Assembly (NCBI RefSeq): GCF_019464535.1
Contig: NZ_CP080507.1
Span: 240,001 to 272,000, forward strand
Direction of reading: 5' to 3'
Length of the DNA: 32,000 bases
Source: Horticoccus luteus
Lineage (GTDB): Bacteria > Verrucomicrobiota > Verrucomicrobiia > Opitutales > Opitutaceae
How positions within the stretch are numbered: the stretch's first letter is position 1; every line of letters starts with the position of its first letter. A program made the translations under genes and the position numbers. The notes under the pieces were generated by a model, which had not been told where the DNA came from, made no database searches, and was given only the letters and a program-made list of their open reading frames with translations. Positions 24,522-32,000 of the stretch are shown one piece after another.

Positions 24522-25593
24522 TGTGACGTGCGGCGAGTTGCGCGCGGAGGCAGAGTTCGGCGGCTTTGAAGGCGTGGGCCTGCGTCATGGCTTTTTCGGT
24601 GCCGTGCAGGCAGTCGAGAATGAGTTCGCCGAAAAAGCGGAAGCCGACCTGGCCGGCGGCGTTGATGTAGCGTTCACCGGCGTCGTCGACGAGGAAGACG
24701 TGGTCGCCGGTTTTCTCGCGGGCGACGTCGACGTATTTGCGCAACTCGATGTAGCCCTTCGTGCCGAGGATGACAGTGCGGCCATCGCCCCACGTGCTCA
24801 GGCCCGCGGGCGTGAACCAGTCCACGCGGATGTAGTTGGACGTGCCGTTGTCGCCGAGAAGTGATGCTTCGCCGAAGTCCTCGAACTCGGGCGTGTCGGC
24901 ATTGGCGTAGTTGGCGACGGCGGCTTGCGTGATGGTGGCGTCGGCCGCGCCGGAGTAGGTGAGGAATTGCTCGAACTGGTGGCTGCCGATGTCGCACAGG
25001 ATGCCGCCGTATTTGGCGCGTTCGTAGAACCACGCGGGGCGGCCGGATTTCGGGCCGATGCGATGCGGGCCGAGGCCGAGCACCTGAATCACGCGGCCGA
25101 TGGCGCCGTCGCGCACGAGGTCGGTGGCGAGCATGGCGGATTCGACGTGGAGGCGTTCGCTGAAATAGACGGCGTATTTGCGGCCGGTGCGCGCGACGGT
25201 GGCTTGGGCGGCGTCGAGCTGGGCGAGGGTGGTGAAAGGGGTTTTGTCGGTGAAGTAGTCTTTGCCGGCCTCCATGACGCGGCAACCGATCGGGCCGCGG
25301 TCGCAGGGGATGGCGGCGGCGGCGACGAGTTTCACGTCGGGATCCGCGAGGATTTCGTCGAACGAACGCGCGACGCGGACGGAGGGAAATTTGGCGCGAA
25401 AGGCATCCACCTTGGCGGCGTCGGCATCGTAAACCCACTTGAGGGTGGCGCCGGCTTCGAGGAGGCCGTTGCACTGGCCGTAGATGTGGCCGTGTTCGAG
25501 GAACGCGGCGGCGATGGGGAACTCGCCCGGTTGCACGACTGGACGCGGTTTGCCTTGGGGGGCGTAATTCATGCCGTCGCTTTTCTGAGTCAT
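24502..25593 (-). CDS. Gfo/Idh/MocA-family oxidoreductase
   Basis: This is the C-terminal 363 codons of the 837-aa track ORF: MTQKSDGMNYAPQG...KDYFTDKTPFTT...GILCDIGSHQFEQFL. The upstream 474 codons are Arg-rich and antisense to the P450 gene. ATG 25572 is an alternative start. Confidence 0.8.
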   Translation of the reverse strand: MTQKSDGMNYAPQGKPRPVVQPGEFPIAAAFLEHGHIYGQCNGLLEAGATLKWVYDADAAKVDAFRAKFPSVRVARSFDEILADPDVKLVAAAAIPCDRGPIGCRVMEAGKDYFTDKTPFTTLAQLDAAQATVARTGRKYAVYFSERLHVESAMLATDLVRDGAIGRVIQVLGLGPHRIGPKSGRPAWFYERAKYGGILCDIGSHQFEQFLTYSGAADATITQAAVANYANADTPEFEDFGEASLLGDNGTSNYIRVDWFTPAGLSTWGDGRTVILGTKGYIELRKYVDVAREKTGDHVFLVDDAGERYINAAGQVGFRFFGELILDCLHGTEKAMTQAHAFKAAELCLRAQLAARHITVPRA

Positions 25594-25707
25594 GCGGAGA
25601 ACGCTCGGCGGCGCGGCGGCGGGGGCAAGCGTGTTTCGCGGCGAGGCGGGGAGGCGCGGAATTTTCTCCTCACGACGCGGCGGGATGGCTACGGCTGAGG
25701 TTGCTGT

Positions 25708-26949
25708 ATGAGCCGCCCCACGATTCCCGCCGATTTGGATGAGTTGCTGTGTTCGCCCTTCATGCTGTCGGATCCGTTTCCGGCGTATCGCCGTTTGCGG
25801 CGGGAGGCGCCGGTGGCGTGGAGTGAGCGGTGGCAGGCGTGGGTGGTGTCGCGTTATGCGGAGGTGGGGCCGTCGTTGAAGGACAAGGAATCGCTTTCGA
25901 ACGAGAACCGGCAGGCGTTGCTGTTCGAAGGGCTGGCGCCGCAGGAGAAGGAGGATTTGAAAACGCTGCGGCACTACTTTGCGCAGAAGGATGTCATCGG
26001 CTCGGATCCGCCGGATCACACGCGCATGCGCGGGCTGGTGCAAAAGGCGTTCACGCCGAAAGTCATCGCGTCGCTGCAGCCACGCATCGAGCGATTGGCC
26101 GAGGAGCTGGTGGGCGCGGCGGCGGCGAAGGGCGAATTCGACTTCGTGCAGGAAGTGGCGCATCCGCTGCCGGTGGTGTTGATCGCAGAGCTGCTGGGCG
26201 CGCCGCCGGCGGACCGGGAGTTGTTCAAGACCTGGTCGGCGGACATTTTGGGTTTCCAGGGCTCCGGGCGCACGGAATACGCGACGGCGATGGTGTCGCA
26301 GCGCAGCCTGACGGCGTTGTTCAACTACATGACGGCGTTGATCGAGGCGCGGCGGAAGGAGCCGCGCGACGATCTGATCAGCGTGCTGGCGCTCGCGGAG
26401 GATCAAGGCCGGCGATTGAGCCGCGACGAGCTGCTCGCGACATGCAACACGATCCTCACGGCGGGGCACGAGACGACGACGAATCTCATGGGGAACCTCG
26501 TGCGCGAGCTGCTGCGGGCGCCCGGCGCGTGGGCGGCGGTGAAAGCGGAGGCAGGGAAAATCCCCGGCGCGATCGAGGAATCGTTGCGGTTGGATGCGCC
26601 GAAGCAGCGGAATTTCCGGCGCATCAAACGCACGCACGAGTTCGCGGGCGTGACGTTGCCGGAAGGGCAGATGATCTTCCAACTGATCGGCTCGGCGAAC
26701 CGGGATGAGGGGGAGTTCGCGGACCCAGATCGCTTCGATCTCGAACGCGAGAATGCGGGCGACCACCTGAGTTTCGGGGCGGGCATACATTTTTGCCTCG
26801 GTGCGGGGCTGGCGCGCGCGGAGGCGGCGACGGTGGTCAAAGCCCTGATGCGCCACGCGCCGGACGCGCGGCTCGGCGAGCGCGGCTACACGTGGCAGGA
26901 GCGCATCCAGTTTCGCGGGCCGGGTGCTTTGTGGGTGCGGACGCGGTAA
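25708..26949 (+). CDS. Cytochrome P450
   Basis: It has the I-helix LTAGHETTTN, the ExxR motif EESLRL and the heme-binding loop FGAGIHFCLGAGLA (FxxGxxxCxG). The length of 413 aa is typical of bacterial class I P450s. Confidence 0.9.
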   Translation: MSRPTIPADLDELLCSPFMLSDPFPAYRRLRREAPVAWSERWQAWVVSRYAEVGPSLKDKESLSNENRQALLFEGLAPQEKEDLKTLRHYFAQKDVIGSDPPDHTRMRGLVQKAFTPKVIASLQPRIERLAEELVGAAAAKGEFDFVQEVAHPLPVVLIAELLGAPPADRELFKTWSADILGFQGSGRTEYATAMVSQRSLTALFNYMTALIEARRKEPRDDLISVLALAEDQGRRLSRDELLATCNTILTAGHETTTNLMGNLVRELLRAPGAWAAVKAEAGKIPGAIEESLRLDAPKQRNFRRIKRTHEFAGVTLPEGQMIFQLIGSANRDEGEFADPDRFDLERENAGDHLSFGAGIHFCLGAGLARAEAATVVKALMRHAPDARLGERGYTWQERIQFRGPGALWVRTR

Positions 26950-27027
26950 GCGCGTCCCGGCGGAGGCGGGCCTTGCTCCCCGCCGTCGGCGCGCGGGAGG
27001 ATTACCGCAGATCAATTGATTGAACCA

Positions 27028-27963
27028 ATGATGAAGTTTCTCGTTTCCGCCCTATGGTTTGGAACGCTCGGCGCGATCGGCGTGGCCGGGGCGACGACGA
27101 CGGAGCGGCCGGCGACGTTTGCGTATGTGTTGCAGGCGGAGGGACTGGCGGCGACGAAGGCGGGGGCGGTGGCGCAGCTCGCAGCCTCCGGGCGCGACTG
27201 GCTGGTGCTCGATGCGATGTTTGGCGACGGTGTGCCGTGGGAGCGAGGCGACCTCGACGCGATGCGAAGCGCGCGGGAGGGGCGCAAGATCGTGGCGTAT
27301 GTTTCCATCGGTGAGGCGGAAGACTATCGGCCTTACTGGCGCAAAGAGTGGGGCACGGGCGGACACTTGACGGGCGCGGCGCCGGAATGGCTCGAAGGAG
27401 AGAATCCCGAGTGGAAGGGAAATTATCGGGTGAAATACTGGCGCGCCGACTGGCAGCGCCTCGTGCTGGCCGTGATCGACGACGTGATGGCGCGGGGCTT
27501 TGACGGCGTGTATCTGGATATCGTGGATGGGTTCGAGACCTTCGAGGAGCGACCCGGCGGGCAGTTGATGAATCCGGAAACCAAGCAGAGCTATCGTCGC
27601 GACATGGTCGAATGGGTGAAAGTCATCGCTGCGCGGGCGCGGACGAGTCGGCCGGAGGCGCTGGTCATTCCGCAGAACGGCTCGCAGTTGGTCGCGCAGC
27701 CTGATTTTTTGGCGGTCATCAGCGGTATCGGTATCGAGGATTTGTTGACCGACGGGGATAAACTGCAGACGAAGGCGCACACCCGCGAAGTGGCCGGACA
27801 CTTGGAGAAGATGCGCGCGGCGGGAAAGCCGGTGTTGCTGGTCGAATATCCGCGGCGCGCAGACCGGCGGGCGTGGGTGTGGCAGCAGGGTCGAGAACAC
27901 GGCTGGGCGGTGCTGGTGACGGACCGGGAATTGCGGACGCTGGGGTGGGCTGGGAACGAGTGA
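27028..27963 (+). CDS. GH114 / TM1410-family putative glycoside hydrolase (endo-alpha-1,4-polygalactosaminidase-like), secreted
   Basis: It has the signal peptide MMKFLVSALWFGTLGAIGVAGA. The motifs VAYVSIGEAEDYRPYW, YRVKYWRADWQ and GFDGVYLDIVD match the Glyco_hydro_114/TM1410 pattern. The track start at 27016 is a TTG, so I prefer ATG 27028. Confidence 0.75.
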   Translation: MMKFLVSALWFGTLGAIGVAGATTTERPATFAYVLQAEGLAATKAGAVAQLAASGRDWLVLDAMFGDGVPWERGDLDAMRSAREGRKIVAYVSIGEAEDYRPYWRKEWGTGGHLTGAAPEWLEGENPEWKGNYRVKYWRADWQRLVLAVIDDVMARGFDGVYLDIVDGFETFEERPGGQLMNPETKQSYRRDMVEWVKVIAARARTSRPEALVIPQNGSQLVAQPDFLAVISGIGIEDLLTDGDKLQTKAHTREVAGHLEKMRAAGKPVLLVEYPRRADRRAWVWQQGREHGWAVLVTDRELRTLGWAGNE

Positions 27964-28139
27964 GGGCGCGGGTTGGCGGGATGACGATCGGGTGGGTCGG
28001 CGTCAGGGGAGACGAGCGTGACGTGCCAGGCAGCTGCGCGGCGGAGCGCACGGGCGACCGGGATGGTGGAAACGGCGCGGGCGGAGGTTTTGCGAGCGAG
28101 GCGTTGCCATGCGGCGCTTGAAGTGCCTCGCTCCCGCGC

Positions 28140-29522
28140 ATGCCCGCGCAAGCGAACGTCAAAGTGGAACTGCTCGCTCTCCTGGCCCGGAGGGATGTCG
28201 CCGGCATGCGCAAGTATTGCGAACCGTGGCTGCCGGCGGATTTGGCGCCGATCATCGCGGACCTGCATGTCGAGCAACTAGCGTTGCTGTTTCGCGCGAC
28301 GTCGCGCGAGCTGGCGGTGGCGACATTTCCGTATCTCGACACGGAGGCGCAGCGGAAACTGCTGAAGACGTTGAGCCAGGAGCAGGTGGCGGCGTTGCTG
28401 AACGCGTTGCCGCCGGATGATCGCACGGCGTTTCTGGACGAACTGCCACTCGATGTGGCGATGCAGTTGCTGTCGTTGCTGTCGCCCGAAGAGCGGGCGG
28501 TGGCGACCTCGTTGCTGGCGTATCCGGAGAACAGCGTCGGCCGGATGATGACGCTCGATTACGTGGCGGTGAAGCCGGACTGGACGGTGGCGCAGGTGCT
28601 CGAGCACATCCGGCACTTCGGCTACGACCGGGAGACGTTGAACATGGTTTACGTGCTCGATGAGCACGGGCGGTTGATCGACGACGTGCGGGTGCGGCGC
28701 TTCCTGCTTTCGCCGCTGGAGCGGCCGGTGCGCGAGTTGATGGATGGCAACTACACGACGCTGTTTCCGACCGACGACCGGGAGACCGCGCTGGAGACGT
28801 TTCGCAAATTCGACCGGGTGGCGCTGCCGGTCTGCGACGAGCAGAAGAAGATCATCGGGATCGTGACGGTGGATGACATGCTCGACGTGGCGGAGGAGGA
28901 GGCGACGGAGGACATCCAGAAGTTGGGCGGCAGTGAGGCGCTCGACGAACCTTACACCACGATCGCGCTGTCGCGGATGATTCGGAAGCGGGCGAGCTGG
29001 CTGGTGGTGTTGTTTTTGGGCGAGATGATGACGGCGACGGCGATGGGATTTTTCGAAGAGGAGATCGCGAAGGCGGTGGTGCTGGCGTTGTTCGTGCCGC
29101 TGGTGATCAGCTCGGGCGGCAATGCGGGCTCGCAAGCGGCGACGCTGGTGATTCGCGCGCTGGCGTTGGGGGAATTCAAGTTGCGCGACTGGTGGTCGGT
29201 GATGCGCCGGGAACTGGTGGCGGGTGTGGCGCTCGGCCTGATCCTGGGCGTGATCGGATTTCTGCGGATCGCGATCTGGTCGGCGTTCTCGGGGATTTAT
29301 GGTCCGCATTGGCCGTTGGTCGGAGCGACGGTGGGACTGGCGTTGGTGGGGATCGTGTTGTGGGGTTCGCTGGTGGGCTCGATGCTGCCGCTCGCGTTGA
29401 AACGCCTGGGCTTCGATCCGGCGACCTCGAGCGCGCCGTTTGTCGCCACGCTGGTCGACGTGACGGGGTTGATCATCTACTTCAGCGTGGCCTTGTTGAT
29501 CCTGCGCGGGACGATGCTGTGA
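28140..29522 (+). CDS. mgtE: Magnesium transporter MgtE (N-domain, 2 CBS domains, 5-TM channel domain)
   Basis: The MgtE_N part contains LPADLAPIIADL...DDRTAFLDELP. A CBS pair follows (VGRMMTLDYVAV..., ALPVCDEQKKIIGIVTVDDMLDV). The channel part contains FVPLVISSGGNAGSQAATLVIRAL and PFVATLVDVTGLIIYF. Confidence 0.9.
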   Translation: MPAQANVKVELLALLARRDVAGMRKYCEPWLPADLAPIIADLHVEQLALLFRATSRELAVATFPYLDTEAQRKLLKTLSQEQVAALLNALPPDDRTAFLDELPLDVAMQLLSLLSPEERAVATSLLAYPENSVGRMMTLDYVAVKPDWTVAQVLEHIRHFGYDRETLNMVYVLDEHGRLIDDVRVRRFLLSPLERPVRELMDGNYTTLFPTDDRETALETFRKFDRVALPVCDEQKKIIGIVTVDDMLDVAEEEATEDIQKLGGSEALDEPYTTIALSRMIRKRASWLVVLFLGEMMTATAMGFFEEEIAKAVVLALFVPLVISSGGNAGSQAATLVIRALALGEFKLRDWWSVMRRELVAGVALGLILGVIGFLRIAIWSAFSGIYGPHWPLVGATVGLALVGIVLWGSLVGSMLPLALKRLGFDPATSSAPFVATLVDVTGLIIYFSVALLILRGTML

Positions 29523-29572
29523 AGATGTCGCGTCACTTGACCACGCCAGCCGGCGTCGTAACGCTTCCTGCC

Positions 29573-30142
29573 ATGAAATCCCTGCTCGGACTCACGCTGC
29601 TGGTGCTCGGTGCCTCGATCGCGGGAGCGCAGCCGGATCCGGGCCTGGCGGAGAACTCGCCGTTTTTGCCGCCGAATTCAGCCGCGGCCCCGACCGCGGA
29701 GGCGACGCCGCTGGAGTTGCGCGGGATCCTGACGATGGGGAGCAAATCGTCGTTCAATCTTTACGATCCGGCCACCAAGACGAGCGAGTGGGTCGGGCTG
29801 AACGAGCAGGGGCAAAAGTTTACGGTGACAAATTTCGACGCGGGCAATGATCGCGTGACGGTGAATTACCAAGGGCGCGTGCTGACGTTGACGCTGCAGC
29901 AGCCGAAGATCGTGGCGGCGCCGGTGGTGCAAGGTCCGCCGTCGCAGACGCCGACGCCCATGCCGGCGGCGGTGCTCAATCCCACATCGACGGACGAGGC
30001 GCGCCGCATGGAAGCGGTCGCGGCGGAGGTGCGGCGGCGCCGGGCGTTGCGCTTGCAAGCGGCGGCGGAGGCCTCGCGTCCGCCGGGGCAGCCCGGGGCG
30101 AACAATGGCGGGCGTCCGCCGCAGCCGCCGGCGCGGCAGTAA
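29573..30142 (+). CDS. Secreted hypothetical protein with a Pro-rich C-terminus
   Basis: It has the signal peptide MKSLLGLTLLVLGASIAGAQ, a small beta-rich middle region (FNLYDPATKTSEWVGLNEQGQKFTVTNFDAGNDRVTVNYQGRVLTLTL), and then a Pro/Ala/Arg-rich tail. ATG 29525 is an alternative start. The first 127 track codons overlap mgtE and are rejected. Confidence 0.6.
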   Translation: MKSLLGLTLLVLGASIAGAQPDPGLAENSPFLPPNSAAAPTAEATPLELRGILTMGSKSSFNLYDPATKTSEWVGLNEQGQKFTVTNFDAGNDRVTVNYQGRVLTLTLQQPKIVAAPVVQGPPSQTPTPMPAAVLNPTSTDEARRMEAVAAEVRRRRALRLQAAAEASRPPGQPGANNGGRPPQPPARQ

Positions 30143-30320
30143 GACGCGGCAGGCCGGCGTGCGGCGGATTGACGCGGGCGGGCGGAGCGCAGCAGAGCCA
30201 GAGAGAATAGACGCGGTCGTGACCGCCCGTCCTGCGCTTTCGGCCGATCCCCGGGAGGAAAACGCCGCGGGCAGCGAATGTTGAGCGATGAGGTGCGGTG
30301 CCAAAGTTTGCGGCGACGTG

Positions 30321-32000
30321 TTAGTCCGGGACGACATACGCTTCGAACAGCACGGCGCCCGTCGAACCGTCCTTGCTTTCCAGATGCACGGTGTAGACGC
30401 CGGCGGCGAGATTATAGACCAAGGCAGCGTCGTGGCTTCCATTATTCAAGGCGAACGCGCCGGCCTGAAGGGCGGCGTCGGCGACGGAAACTTGCTGACT
30501 GCTGACCATGCCGCCCGGTGGCGGATCCCACGAGGTGGACCAATCGTCGCTGCCCGCCATCAGATTTCCGCCGGCGTCGAAAACGCGCAAACGAGGATTC
30601 TGGCAGACGGGCACGGCGCCGAGAAAACGCGCCAGTCCAGGACCGACACCGCGAAGCAAAATCGGCTGTGGGAGATCGCTTTTGAGCACAAGCCCGATGA
30701 TAAGCCGTTCGTCGGGACGGGAGAGTGCGCCGCGGATGGAAAGATTGACGGCCTGGGCGGCTGGCGCGCCGTCCGGTGAGGCGAGCCCGTAAATTTCCGC
30801 CAAGGTTTCACCCTCGGTTTGATCTGTGATCGTGATGGTGTAGACGCCCGGCGGTATGGGCAACAACAGCGCACAATCGGCCGAACCAGCCGCGAACGGA
30901 AATGCGCCGGCTTCACTTGCACTCGTTGCGAGCCGGGTGATCTCGTTCGCGGCATTGTTGGACCAGCCGGTGTTGCTCGCGAGAAAGACATCCGGACTGT
31001 GGCGCAATGTGAGAGTAGGATGGAGCGACGGATTTGGCACGCCGTAGGCGGCGAGAGCCGGACCGGCGCCCCGCAGCAAAAAGGAGCCGCCGGTGGCGAC
31101 AACGAATCCAGCGATGACCGCCCGATCACCTGAACCGCCGACGGCACGGGCGGACAAGTTGCTCAACCGCGCGGCGCGGGTGTAACTCGAATGCACCGCC
31201 ACCAAGCTATCCTTGCCGCCACCTCTGCCGCCGAGGTTGACGCGGAGAACGCCTTCGGGGGTGAAGGAAATCAACGCATACTTGCTGGCCGAAGAGTAAA
31301 GCGGAACCTCGACCTGTTGCTCGAGGAGCGCGGGATTGAGGTCGACGGCGGGCGCCGCAACGCCGACGCCACGCCCAGAAAGCAGGCCGGCCAACGTGCC
31401 GTCAGGAAACAGGGCGGCGTCGATCTTTGCACTGTCGACGATCAGGCCTTCGCGGGTGCCGCGATACCAGCCTACGCGCGCTCCGCTCGGCAGACGGGCC
31501 GGCGCGAACGTGAGTGGACCCAACGGTTGGCCGCCCCACGAGGCGGCCACGCCCGTGGCGTCACAGTGCAGCGTGAGCGGAGTGGCCTCACTGGGATCAG
31601 AACTCCAGATGATTCCTGTATCCCACGGGAAAATGCCGGCGGGATCGAGCCGGTTGTGCTGGGTGATTTTCCATCCGGAGACGGAGAGGAAGCGCACCGT
31701 GCGGTCTGGGGTCAGTTCGAGAAGAAATTTGTCTCCCGAGCCAAGCGGCAGCGTGCCCGTGTAAAAACCCGGCTGAATTGGAGAAGGAGCAGTGACCGCA
31801 ACCTTGATCGGAGGGCTGAGAATAGTGCCTTGGGCCGTCGTGGCCTGGAGACGATACTCACCTGCGTCCCCCGGAGTTGCGGCGGCGACGGCAAAGGAAA
31901 AATCCGCTGCGGCAGGAGCGACCTCGACGTCATCCTTGATCCAAGTGAGCGTGCCGCCCCCGTTGATATACGGAGCGGCAGCAAAGGAACCGGGGTAGCT
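30321..32000 (-). CDS. Large secreted or surface protein with an Ig-like domain and tandem beta-sandwich repeat modules; its 5' end lies beyond the right edge
   Basis: The track starts it at GTG 31697, but my hand translation shows the frame stays open to position 32000: ...GGTLTWIKDDVEVAPAAADFSFAVAAATPGDAGEYRLQATTAQGTILSPPIKVAV..., an Ig I-set-like pattern. Two C-terminal paralogous modules of about 130 aa follow (NLSARAVGGSGDRAVIAGFVV...GVYTITITDQTEGETLAEIYGL, and NLSIRGALSRPDERLIIGLVL...GVYTVHLESKDGSTGAVLFEAYVV). Confidence 0.7.
   Translation of the reverse strand, partial: SYPGSFAAAPYINGGGTLTWIKDDVEVAPAAADFSFAVAAATPGDAGEYRLQATTAQGTILSPPIKVAVTAPSPIQPGFYTGTLPLGSGDKFLLELTPDRTVRFLSVSGWKITQHNRLDPAGIFPWDTGIIWSSDPSEATPLTLHCDATGVAASWGGQPLGPLTFAPARLPSGARVGWYRGTREGLIVDSAKIDAALFPDGTLAGLLSGRGVGVAAPAVDLNPALLEQQVEVPLYSSASKYALISFTPEGVLRVNLGGRGGGKDSLVAVHSSYTRAARLSNLSARAVGGSGDRAVIAGFVVATGGSFLLRGAGPALAAYGVPNPSLHPTLTLRHSPDVFLASNTGWSNNAANEITRLATSASEAGAFPFAAGSADCALLLPIPPGVYTITITDQTEGETLAEIYGLASPDGAPAAQAVNLSIRGALSRPDERLIIGLVLKSDLPQPILLRGVGPGLARFLGAVPVCQNPRLRVFDAGGNLMAGSDDWSTSWDPPPGGMVSSQQVSVADAALQAGAFALNNGSHDAALVYNLAAGVYTVHLESKDGSTGAVLFEAYVVPD

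Noticed and set aside
25594-27015. N-terminal 474 codons of the 837-aa minus-strand ORF (24502..27015)
   Set aside because: It is an extremely Arg-rich translation antisense to a cytochrome P450 gene that has all canonical motifs. The real Gfo/Idh/MocA protein begins at ATG 25593 or 25572.
27964-28139. M-box (ykoK) Mg2+ riboswitch upstream of mgtE
   Set aside because: I could not find any of the conserved M-box sequence blocks by eye. Only a generic hairpin is present. A covariance-model scan would be needed to be certain.

Overview
This is a high-GC bacterial chromosomal segment (G+C looks well above 60% by eye; I did not compute it). I can support about 31 protein-coding genes. The gene content includes a DUF1080 lectin-like protein, GYF_2-domain membrane proteins, several Gfo/Idh/MocA oxidoreductases, glycoside-hydrolase-like proteins and an Ig-domain repeat surface protein. 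That mix is typical of Verrucomicrobiota (Opitutaceae-like) or Planctomycetota genomes, but this is inference only. Because of the GC content, the ORF track is full of long antisense or out-of-frame shadow ORFs. For example, 649..3078, 664..2994 and 24502..27015 are each only partly real, so I trimmed their starts. From left to right the window holds: LPS-core-like genes (GT9, PfkB kinase); housekeeping and metabolic genes (2-hydroxyacid dehydrogenase, amidohydrolase, TMEM175-type channel, receiver-only response regulator, yhbY, rsuA); a CUT1-type sugar ABC importer (binding protein plus 2 permeases, no ATPase); a roughly 0.7 kb lower-GC islet with a vapBC toxin-antitoxin pair next to a 54-codon SH3-like ORF; a Na+/H+ antiporter; a WYL-domain regulator divergent from an uncharacterised two-gene cassette; a GH95-like hydrolase; a PAS histidine kinase; two convergent Gfo/Idh/MocA oxidoreductases; a cytochrome P450; a GH114/TM1410-like hydrolase; mgtE; a secreted Pro-rich protein; and a large surface protein that runs off the right edge. 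I recognised no rRNA, tRNA, CRISPR array, transposase or integrase. The items most worth a second look are the WYL cassette (16.6-18.8 kb), the dispersed ACGAATG heptamer arrays, a 33-bp tandem repeat at 21.6 kb, and the tandem GYF_2 paralogues. Nothing here is an unambiguous novel system. The WYL cassette is the best candidate, and I flag it as inference.
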